Source of the DNA: a virus
Strand: one strand, 5' to 3'
DNA length: 64,000 bases
IMG/VR virus record: IMGVR_UViG_3300044630_006441
Span: 64,001 to 128,000 of that record
Every line of letters begins with the position of its first letter. Positions within the stretch are counted from its first letter, which is position 1. The translations under genes were made by a program, and so were the position numbers. Positions 25,101 through 32,147 of this stretch are shown piece after piece. Under the pieces are notes generated by a model. The model was not told the origin of the DNA, did not search any database, and saw nothing but the letters and a program-made list of their open reading frames with translations.

Positions 25101-26311
25101 ACAGCGCATGTCGGGGCGGCACTCCTCCTGAGGATACGACCCCGCCACCGACTACTACTGGTCAGCCCTGGGTGGCTGGCTACTACTGCGTAAGCGACAG
25201 CTATCAAGGCACAACTTCTTGTAGCTATATCAGCAGTCGTCCGGCTTCAAATCCGTTGGTTACTTATTCTGGACCTTATGCGTCTTCGTTGGCTTGTAAT
25301 GCGACTTGTGTCACGACGACTACGACAACAACTACAACAGCTAACCCAAATACAACAACCACTACTACAACAGCTAACCCAAATACAACAACCACTACCA
25401 CAACTGCTGATCCAAATACTACTACCACTACTACAACAGCTGATCCAAATACTACGACGACAACGACGACTAGCGACCCGAATACTACTACGACGACCAC
25501 AACTAGCACTACTACGACAACAACAACCGAACAGCCAACTGTTAAGATGTGCTGGACTTATCGAAATGATGTTGACTCAAATGACTACAGGACGCTTTGT
25601 CAGCCTCTTGACCAGCAGGCCCCAAATACAATTACGATTGGGATCGCCACTTATACAAATATTGGTGCTAACGCTGCATATAATGTGAACGATTGTGCTG
25701 ATTGTTTTGCGAATCCTGATGGAACGACCACAACTAGTACTACAACTACAACTACTACCAGTACTACGACGGCTGCGCCGACCACAACAACAACAACAAC
25801 AACAACAAGTGCCCCACGCCTTTGGTGTGCAACATATTATTATAATGGTAGTCATGATTATATAGCAAGATGTTATGATTATGATAGTGCGTGGTATGGG
25901 TCACAATTTTTATATCCAACTATTTCGTATAATACACATACATATCAAGTTGTTAATGGTCGAGAAATTACAGATTGCGCAAATTGTTCGCCAGACACCT
26001 CAACATCTACGACTTCGACAACAACAACGACTACGCCCGCCCCAACCACCCAGAGTCCAACCACGGCCACTCCAACACAAAGTCCAACCACCTCAAGTCC
26101 AACAACGACCGGTGCTGGTACAACTGGTGATCCAACCATAACGACTCAGCCAGGCACAACCAGCGCACCTTCGTACAGATACAACTGTGTCCCAACAGCT
26201 CAGTCTGGCTCTGGCATTTATTACGATTGTCAATCAACTGGTAGCACGACAAATGGTACTTATGCCACGCTTCAAGACTGTTTGAATGCTGGCTGTCAGG
26301 GTTGGAGATAG
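22199..26311 (+). CDS. 1370-aa mucin-like putative fibre/virion protein with P-domain and Cys-rich modules
   Basis: N-terminal RGQEGT module; poly-Thr tracts; proprotein-convertase P-domain-like segment; short Cys-bounded modules. Confidence 0.8.
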   Translation: MAGKLHRFSNQAVTYLATPISSTDTEITVANILRFPPAPFEVTCGQEVMRVTAVDEETNTLTVLRGQEGTTAVLHYASDPIAHTVTRDGLLDTAENNGVANAALSFSATDTEAAGSGTVYLAPLQGNNIALYDSVESRWRKFTLDPAPSVSASEPAGKCVDVFAYWNGTAVALQKVVWDRETGRPSGYDLVRVDGVLVSEDSTTWRHVGSYQMLANSAVALSSHTPALSGASTNELMRYNKTIIRVDPPINGFEINGVEKIADGETVYVLNVSGTDSFYLKHNSGLTPAGCKLLVLDQEDYPVYPLSGVTLVYDAVAAGYRVLGACCTTTTTTTTTTTTTTTTTSTTTTTSTTPSLGTTTTTTTANPNTTTTTTSTTTPSPVVVQNCLPEVTYVRAVDAGNGSYRFEFSGDNTNWFEITSQTPKWVANKTYLFHLTNTSAHPWRVFDSQGFSRLVKATTNGASGNVADGFYGGDVTLTVTLNDNVPFSFDCATHTYEGANNAFVYNGTCTECAQPNMYVRLNMDPATLPAPPAWPSNVPEVQVRFKNDGDFYFGPPGGFGNGIARGKLDFPSISGVISGLVLKLYGVTASQGITDAVILLRSPTGKDVLIAGRLPVPENSVGVDYTINNDLNSPLLSFGTSGSFRPNPNGNQDGNFWNDSSSPYGTTFSDLFNDSPTGEWTLGLVANTVGGPYEVKIKSWSLEVLTSTNESHTVWSISRQDAGKTAIAAFPYQPDTVVQNGLVDGFTTYPTSLGANSVSYFRFRSQYTANYYLNAGGFNTGGIRLDIYRNWDASGSPDTTYTNLFDSQQKRLSCTSGEFITFKFTNTVDSSKQIRLKLQTPGVHYEISADEQNWFMPNRWKWGGSSATAAATYNLNLKRLTNSKFAIRLLEGTVTTSFTAMPGGGGVGQVTSESNTFYYYDSTKSETQELVFTMGGSSPTTRHMETLTGVLHTENDANDPERQAIKYDSACRGGTPPEDTTPPPTTTGQPWVAGYYCVSDSYQGTTSCSYISSRPASNPLVTYSGPYASSLACNATCVTTTTTTTTTANPNTTTTTTTANPNTTTTTTTADPNTTTTTTTADPNTTTTTTTSDPNTTTTTTTSTTTTTTTEQPTVKMCWTYRNDVDSNDYRTLCQPLDQQAPNTITIGIATYTNIGANAAYNVNDCADCFANPDGTTTTSTTTTTTTSTTTAAPTTTTTTTTTSAPRLWCATYYYNGSHDYIARCYDYDSAWYGSQFLYPTISYNTHTYQVVNGREITDCANCSPDTSTSTTSTTTTTTPAPTTQSPTTATPTQSPTTSSPTTTGAGTTGDPTITTQPGTTSAPSYRYNCVPTAQSGSGIYYDCQSTGSTTNGTYATLQDCLNAGCQGWR
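25313..25528 (+). repeat. coding tandem repeat (about 33-bp unit, T7-A(N/D)PN) with synonymous variation
   Basis: Five TTTTTTT(A/S)(N/D)PN units; other Thr tracts at about 23180-23335, 25723-25810 and 25995-26165. Confidence 0.9.
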
Positions 26312-26379
26312 GATCAATTCTTAGTTAGAAAATAGGGTTTTTTCACCCTATTATTTGACAGGTCCCAAGCAGGGGTCTT

Positions 26380-26387
26380 GGTGTACT
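26380..26387 (+). promoter_or_regulatory. candidate phage promoter motif GGTGTACT
   Basis: Intergenic before RNR; a TTGACA is also present at 26355. Confidence 0.4.
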
Positions 26388-26459
26388 TTCCTTTCGCCGC
26401 AATTATTTAGGTAGTTAAATCGGGTCGGGTCGGCACCGCCCTGTGGAGGGTTTTTTGTC

Positions 26460-28109
26460 ATGTCTGCTAGCGTTTTTCGCAACAAGTTTTCAGAAGATAT
26501 CTTTAACTATAAGTATAGGCACGAAGGGTGCGAAACCTGGGAAAAATTGGCTGCGGTGCTGGTTGAGGATGTCTGTCGGCAGTGGATGACTGACGACGAA
26601 AAAGAAGCCTTGACGCAAGCCGTTGCCCAGATGAAGTTTATACCCGGTGGTCGTTATATTTACTACGCCGGACGCCCCATCAAAGCCTTTAACAATTGCT
26701 ATCTTCTGCGAGCAGAATCTGACACGCGTGAAGACTGGGCTATGCTTAGCTGGAAAGCTGAAAGCTGTTTAGCTACAGGTGGTGGTATTGGTGTAGATTA
26801 TTCTATCTATCGCCCGAAGGGCACGCCCCTGAAGCGGACGGGCGGGGAAGCTTCCGGCCCCGTCTCCAAAATGCGCATGATCAACGAGATTGGTCGCGAG
26901 GTCATGCAGGGCGGTTCACGCCGATCGGCCATTTACGCCTCGCTGAACTGGCAGCACCAGGACATCAAGACCTTCTTGTACGCCAAAGACTGGCACTCCA
27001 TGAAGGTGCCGGGTACGGACAAGACGGTGTGGGATTGCAAAGTCGCTGACTTCAATTACCCAGCCCCGCTGGACATGACCAACATCTCCGCTAATTACGA
27101 CGATGCTTGGCTGAACCTGCCTGATCGCCACAACAACGAGATTTTTAAGATCAACTGCCGTCAGGCCATGGAGACAGGCGAGCCAGGATGGTCTTTCAAT
27201 TTCGGCGACAAGCAGAACGAGACCTTGCGGAATGCCTGCACGGAAGTAACCTCCGAGGACGACTCGGATGTGTGCAACCTTGGTTCTTTGAACATGTCCC
27301 GCATTGAGACCGCCGAAGAGTTCCGTCAGATCGTGGAACTGGCCACCAAGTTCTTGATCTGCGGCACCATGGTGGCCCACCTGCCCTACGAGAAGGTCTA
27401 TGATGTGCGGGCCAAAAATCGCCGTCTGGGCCTGGGCCTGATGGGGATGCACGAGTGGCTTGTCCAAAGGGGTGACCGTTATGAAGTGACCCCAGAGTTG
27501 CACAAGTGGCTGGCCATCTACCGGGACGAGTCCGACGCCGTGGCCAAGTCATTCTCGGCTCACCTCAGCATCAGCGAGCCTGTCGCCAAGCGGGCAATCG
27601 CCCCCACCGGCTCCATCGGTATTCTGGCCGGAACCACGACCGGCATCGAGCCTGTCTTTGCGGTGGCCTACAAGCGTCGTTACCTGAAGAACGGCACCCA
27701 ATGGCACTACCAGTATGTGGTGGACAGCGCCGCCAAGGATCTGATCGAGCGATACGGTGTCGATCCCCACAAGATCGAGTCCGCCATCGATCTGGCCAAG
27801 GACTACGAGCGCCGCCTGAAGTTCCAGGCCGACACCCAGGATTATGTTGACCAGTCTATCTCGTCGACGATCAACATGCCCAGCTGGGGTTCGGAACTGA
27901 ACAACGAGGACAAGATCGACGACTTTGCGTTGACCCTGTCCAAGTACGCCCCCCGCCTGCGCGGCTTCACCGTTTACCCGGATGGTGCCCGCGGTGGCCA
28001 GCCCCTGGTCTCCGTCGACTACGACGAAGCAGCCAAGCAGCAGGGCGTGGAATACCTGGAGCATGATGTGTGTGTGATTGGCGGCAAAGGCGGTACTTGC
28101 GGCAGTTAA
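26460..28109 (+). CDS. nrdJ: class II (adenosylcobalamin-dependent) ribonucleotide reductase
   Basis: FIPGGR, NNCY, GGGIG.DYS, GGSRRSA, NACTE, CNLGSLN, RRLGLG.MG, IAPTGS, GIEP, YVDQSISST.N, C-terminal Cys pair; no nrdB nearby. Confidence 0.88.
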   Translation: MSASVFRNKFSEDIFNYKYRHEGCETWEKLAAVLVEDVCRQWMTDDEKEALTQAVAQMKFIPGGRYIYYAGRPIKAFNNCYLLRAESDTREDWAMLSWKAESCLATGGGIGVDYSIYRPKGTPLKRTGGEASGPVSKMRMINEIGREVMQGGSRRSAIYASLNWQHQDIKTFLYAKDWHSMKVPGTDKTVWDCKVADFNYPAPLDMTNISANYDDAWLNLPDRHNNEIFKINCRQAMETGEPGWSFNFGDKQNETLRNACTEVTSEDDSDVCNLGSLNMSRIETAEEFRQIVELATKFLICGTMVAHLPYEKVYDVRAKNRRLGLGLMGMHEWLVQRGDRYEVTPELHKWLAIYRDESDAVAKSFSAHLSISEPVAKRAIAPTGSIGILAGTTTGIEPVFAVAYKRRYLKNGTQWHYQYVVDSAAKDLIERYGVDPHKIESAIDLAKDYERRLKFQADTQDYVDQSISSTINMPSWGSELNNEDKIDDFALTLSKYAPRLRGFTVYPDGARGGQPLVSVDYDEAAKQQGVEYLEHDVCVIGGKGGTCGS

Positions 28110-28131
28110 CGCAATATTAAATCCAATCGCC

Positions 28132-28165
28132 AGAGGCCCGATCGAGTCATTCGGTCGGGCTTTCT
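28132..28165 (+). terminator. Rho-independent terminator
   Basis: AGGCCCGATCGA-GTCAT-TCGGTCGGGCTT-TCT. Confidence 0.65.
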
Positions 28166-28207
28166 GGTTACTATCCGGTAGGACTCAATACCCACACAGG
28201 AATTGTC

Positions 28208-28717
28208 ATGAGCAGCAAGAAACGCCAGTCGCCCCTCGAAGCTTTCATTTCCGAAGTCGAAGCCTATGTGAAATCCTTCGATCCACCCGTTCAATCGATG
28301 CCCGAAGAAAAGGTGGAGCAGGCTCTGGACGCCATCCGGAATGAGATTTTCAATGTCCTGACCAAGGCCTCGGAGGGGTATGACGCTCCTGAATCCGCCC
28401 GCAACAACGCCCGGAAGGTCCTCAAGTGGAAAGAGAAGTACGGCAAAGAATGTCGTGGTATGACCGCTGTTGGCTGGGCGCGGGCGAGGGATCTGGCGAA
28501 TGGGGCCAAGCTGTCAGCGTCGACGGTGAAAAGGATGGCCAGCTTCAATCGCCATCGGAGCAATTACGAGAAGGCCCGCAACAAGCCCGAAGCAAAGAGT
28601 AAGCCGTGGACCATCCCGGCCATCGTGGCGTGGCTCGGGTGGGGCGGGACCTCCGGCGTGGAATGGGCGATCCGCACCTCCCAGTCGATCCAGAACAAGT
28701 CCAAGAAGAGGAAGTAA
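28208..28717 (+). CDS. phage protein (domain often fused to prohead protease/minor head proteins)
   Basis: G.T.VG.ARARDLANG..LS..TVKRMASF.RH...AW.GWGG..G..WA. Confidence 0.75.
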   Translation: MSSKKRQSPLEAFISEVEAYVKSFDPPVQSMPEEKVEQALDAIRNEIFNVLTKASEGYDAPESARNNARKVLKWKEKYGKECRGMTAVGWARARDLANGAKLSASTVKRMASFNRHRSNYEKARNKPEAKSKPWTIPAIVAWLGWGGTSGVEWAIRTSQSIQNKSKKRK

Positions 28718-28719
28718 CC

Positions 28720-29454
28720 ATGCACAAGATCGCCTTCATCGTCCCGACCTCCCAGTCTGCCGACATCAGCGGATTCCTCAATGCGTTGACCAAGCAGGTT
28801 GCCGACAAGAATCCTGATCTGAACTACGAGATCGTCGTGGTTCGTCAGGCGGAAGAGAGGGCGCTCAATGCTGGCTGGTTGTGCAATGTCGGCGTGCAGG
28901 TGACTGACGCCGCCTACTTCGCCTTCCACTCCCCTGACCTGATCCCCGGCAAAGATGCTGACTATCACCTTGAGGACGCATTTGTCCAGATGGGGGAGGT
29001 GCAGATCATGCCGATGGAGATTTACAGCCAGGTGAACGGGTATTCCAACGGATACCCCGGCACCAATGTCCACACCGGGGACATGTTTGACCGCTGCATC
29101 CGAAATGGCATTTTCATGGCACGCCGCGAGGCCACCTTCCCTCCGTTGGCGCAAGATGTCATGGAGCACTTCAAGGCCAGCAAGCGGGTGAGCACGGCCT
29201 ATGACCGTTCCAAGGACGGCATGAGCAACCTGTTCTACAAGGTCATCTCCACCAAGCAGCTGGATGCCTTCAAGGGCAAGGAAGTCCTGGTGACCTCGCT
29301 GGATGTCCAGGTCGAACCCGTGGCGACCACGACAACCACGGAGGCGCCCACCACGACCCAGGCTCCTCCGGTTATTGAAACATTGGACACGGAAGAATTC
29401 CATACTTTCTGGCGCACGCGAGGGGAAGAAGATGGGGCGGAACCAGGGATTTGA
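28720..29454 (+). CDS. GT7 (beta-1,4-galactosyltransferase)-like protein, degenerate, with Thr-rich tail
   Basis: YEIVVV.Q.....N.G.L.NVG, FH..DL.P, VNGYSN.Y, DG.S.L.YKV; DxD and WGGEDD motifs absent. Confidence 0.65.
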   Translation: MHKIAFIVPTSQSADISGFLNALTKQVADKNPDLNYEIVVVRQAEERALNAGWLCNVGVQVTDAAYFAFHSPDLIPGKDADYHLEDAFVQMGEVQIMPMEIYSQVNGYSNGYPGTNVHTGDMFDRCIRNGIFMARREATFPPLAQDVMEHFKASKRVSTAYDRSKDGMSNLFYKVISTKQLDAFKGKEVLVTSLDVQVEPVATTTTTEAPTTTQAPPVIETLDTEEFHTFWRTRGEEDGAEPGI

Positions 29455-29671
29455 GGTTGGGGATGTTGTCTGCCTGAACAGCGGCTCGCCTCCGATGACC
29501 GTCATCTCGTTCTCAAGCGATGATGGTCTGGTGCTGGCTTACGCCGACCTGAACGGCAACATGATGCGGGAAAGCCTCCCCCGCCAAGCTGTCAATCTGA
29601 CCGAGTCGCGCTGGTGTCTTGATGTCACCAATGCCGATGTCGATTACGACGACGAGGAAGAGGACTACTGA
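29432..29671 (+). CDS. YodC/DUF2158-family protein
   Basis: FEVGDVV.L.SGSP.MTV. Confidence 0.75.
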   Translation: MGRNQGFEVGDVVCLNSGSPPMTVISFSSDDGLVLAYADLNGNMMRESLPRQAVNLTESRWCLDVTNADVDYDDEEEDY

Positions 29672-30045
29672 TGCCAACCTACGATTATCGCTGCAATAGC
29701 TGCGGTTACGAGTTTGAGCTTTATCAGTCGTTTAACGACAAGGTCAAGCGGACCTGCCCAGACTGCAAAAAGAAAACACTTGAGCGTTTGATCGGGTGCG
29801 GGCTGGCTGGTTTCTGCCAGCAGGAAGCGACCACGATTGGCCAGCTTGGTGAACGCAACGCCAAGGCTGCTGGGAAGGCCAAGGTCGAAGAACTTGGGGC
29901 CAAACAGGAAGCAGACAACAAGAAGGCCCAGCAACTGCTGGGTAAAGAGCCTGGCAAAAAGCCGTGGTGGCGCACCACCGACAAGCCTCTCGACCTCAAG
30001 AAAATCAAGAATGTCAAGAAGTATATCGAGGAAGGGAAAGGCTGA
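29671..30045 (+). CDS. FmdB-family zinc-ribbon protein
   Basis: MPTYDYRC..CG..FE..QSF......CP.C....LERLI. Confidence 0.9.
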   Translation: MPTYDYRCNSCGYEFELYQSFNDKVKRTCPDCKKKTLERLIGCGLAGFCQQEATTIGQLGERNAKAAGKAKVEELGAKQEADNKKAQQLLGKEPGKKPWWRTTDKPLDLKKIKNVKKYIEEGKG

Positions 30046-30260
30046 TGTCTGTCACCCCCAACGATCCCACGAATCCGCACATCGCCGTGATCTATCTTTT
30101 TTCCGAAGTCCATGAGAGGTTGCCGGATGGTTCGGCCTCTGGCAATCCCGTGGAGAAGAAAAGGATGACCCTTCACCTGAAGGGTGTTGACAGGTGGACT
30201 TGTGAGCGTCGATTGAACGAGGCCATTGAGGAACTGATGAAATGCTGCGCAACGTCGTGA
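30045..30260 (+). CDS. hypothetical protein
   Basis: TGATG coupling. Confidence 0.6.
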   Translation: MSVTPNDPTNPHIAVIYLFSEVHERLPDGSASGNPVEKKRMTLHLKGVDRWTCERRLNEAIEELMKCCATS

Positions 30261-30574
30261 ACACGCAAACCCCAGCCAAGTTCGGCTTTCAGGATGGTGG
30301 CCATGTGATCCTGGAATGCTCCAGCTGCAACAAACCCCTGGTCGATGTGTGGTCGGTGCAGCCAGACCAGCCGTTTGAGTGGAAGGTCAAGGCCAAGTGC
30401 TGCTACTGCGGCGACTCCTCTTTCCAGAAGGAAGTGAAGGGGCTGTTCAGGTACTCCGGGGCGCAGAAGCCCAGCGAGACCGACACGGAAGACACGATCC
30501 TGGTGACGCAGGTCACCCACCTTGAGGCCGACGGCCAGAATGTGCTCTTTTACACGGCACCAGGAGAGAAGTAA
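30242..30574 (+). CDS. zinc-binding hypothetical protein
   Basis: CSSC and CCYC pairs. Confidence 0.7.
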   Translation: MLRNVVNTQTPAKFGFQDGGHVILECSSCNKPLVDVWSVQPDQPFEWKVKAKCCYCGDSSFQKEVKGLFRYSGAQKPSETDTEDTILVTQVTHLEADGQNVLFYTAPGEK

Positions 30575-30939
30575 TGGCACGCATTATTGACGAGGCCAAG
30601 AAGTTTCTGGAGCAGAAAGCCAACCCGATCGAGATCGTTTCCTACGACAAGAAGGCAAATCCGATCGATCCGGAAAATCACGGGTGTGTTGCGCGTATTA
30701 CTATTCACGAGAAGACGGGCCTTGAAAAATGCGAAGTGCGTGTCTGCACTCGCGGTATCGACTCCGGCCTGTTCTTCAATCCCCTCACGCACCATCACGA
30801 CGACCTTGTGCGGTTTGATAGCCACACCGGCAAGATGCGCTTTTGTTGGCGGGAAGTGAACAAGACCTCTTTCGACCAGTATGTCCAGTTTTTGCAAAGT
30901 GGGAACCAGGCCATGTTGCGCATGGCCCAGAGGAGCTGA
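30574..30939 (+). CDS. conserved phage hypothetical protein
   Basis: G.FFNP...WREV.K..FD.YV.FL..GN...L..AQR. Confidence 0.75.
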   Translation: MARIIDEAKKFLEQKANPIEIVSYDKKANPIDPENHGCVARITIHEKTGLEKCEVRVCTRGIDSGLFFNPLTHHHDDLVRFDSHTGKMRFCWREVNKTSFDQYVQFLQSGNQAMLRMAQRS

Positions 30940-30941
30940 TC

Positions 30942-31247
30942 ATGGCTAAGAAGAAAGTGGAAGCCAAGACCCTGTCCAAGGCCGAACATTATTACCTGGA
31001 GTCTCTGGCGGGCCTGAAGAGCCTGGCCGAAGTCGCAGAAGACCTCGGCTGTCAGCCTGAGCAGATTGCCGACGCCTACAAGAAAGCGAAGGCCAAGTCC
31101 CCCGGCAAGTTTGGTCGCCCCTCCCAAGGCGTTACCGTGATGACCGAGGCTGCCGCCATCGAGGGAGACGAACACGGCAAGGCCAACCGCGCTGGCAACC
31201 AGTTCATGACCCGCTACGCCAAGGATCTCTACCGGGGTGAGGCATGA
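30942..31247 (+). CDS. HTH-containing hypothetical protein
   Basis: LSKAE.YY, LAEVAEDLG, GVTVMT.AA. Confidence 0.7.
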   Translation: MAKKKVEAKTLSKAEHYYLESLAGLKSLAEVAEDLGCQPEQIADAYKKAKAKSPGKFGRPSQGVTVMTEAAAIEGDEHGKANRAGNQFMTRYAKDLYRGEA

Positions 31248-31654
31248 TTTGGGGGACATTGGAGCAGGTATTGGCCAATGTCACGCTGGACCGCGCTTTT
31301 CTCCTGATCGAACTAAGTGATGGCAGCTTTGCTGTCGTCGAAGGGACGAACGAAGACTGGGAAAAGCTAGATAGTATACCACAAAAGATAACAAGAGTTT
31401 GCGTGCGCTTCAGGTCTTCCCGGCTGGAAGTCAGCCCCCCAAACGCCAAGGGATATTTCTTCCGGCCCGGGGTGGGCGCTTCGCTGTCGTCGCAAATTCA
31501 ACAGTACAACCTGTTTGTTGTTGGGCATCTTGAAGAAGATGGGGAAACTGTACAAACCTTTAGCGTGGTTGTGCCTGAACTTTTGGTTGTGAATTCTGAC
31601 CGGCGTGATCGTCACGATCCAGAAACTGTCGGTTCGTCCTTGATAACATCCTAG
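31244..31654 (+). CDS. hypothetical protein
   Basis: ATGA overlap. Confidence 0.7.
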   Translation: MIWGTLEQVLANVTLDRAFLLIELSDGSFAVVEGTNEDWEKLDSIPQKITRVCVRFRSSRLEVSPPNAKGYFFRPGVGASLSSQIQQYNLFVVGHLEEDGETVQTFSVVVPELLVVNSDRRDRHDPETVGSSLITS

Positions 31655-31688
31655 CCATCGACCTATCCTCTCACCTGAGGGGCGGGAA

Positions 31689-32147
31689 ATGGCAAAGAAA
31701 GCTTCCGAGCATAGTCGTTACGAAAGCCGTTACGGTGGTGGATGGGTTGCGCCGCAACAAATCCTCGCCGAGGTGATGTGTGAACGGCAAGCAGCCAAAG
31801 AGAAGACTTCTTTACCAGCCAAATTCTGGGAGTTGCCACGCTGGAAGAAGACATTTCTGCTCCAGCTTCGGTTGGTTCTCAAGCTTTTGGAAAAACATCA
31901 TCCCTCTGTGATTTCCAGGGCCATCCGTTCACCGGAGGGTAAAAAGGTATTTTCTTTCGGTGCTCCTTTTTTCAAGGATGTGCTAGTTCGCGAGCAGGAA
32001 AAATACGATGCGGAAATAGCCAGTTTAGCTGCTGCCCCGCCACCACCGCCCCCGCCCGAACCAACCGCCGACACAGAAAAGCCAAGACCAGATTTTGCCC
32101 CCCGTCGTTCTTTGCGTAGTAAATTGGAGGATTTTGAGCGTGAGTAA
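31689..32147 (+). CDS. hypothetical protein upstream of recA
   Basis: Q.LAE.MCER.A......LP.KFW; Pro-rich linker. Confidence 0.75.
   Translation: MAKKASEHSRYESRYGGGWVAPQQILAEVMCERQAAKEKTSLPAKFWELPRWKKTFLLQLRLVLKLLEKHHPSVISRAIRSPEGKKVFSFGAPFFKDVLVREQEKYDAEIASLAAAPPPPPPPEPTADTEKPRPDFAPRRSLRSKLEDFERE

Noticed and set aside
25313-25528. Regularly spaced repeats resembling a CRISPR array
   Set aside because: They are in-frame Thr-rich coding repeats with synonymous variation and no unique spacers
26355-26389. Canonical sigma70 promoter from TTGACA before nrdJ
   Set aside because: No acceptable -10 hexamer at 16-18 nt spacing
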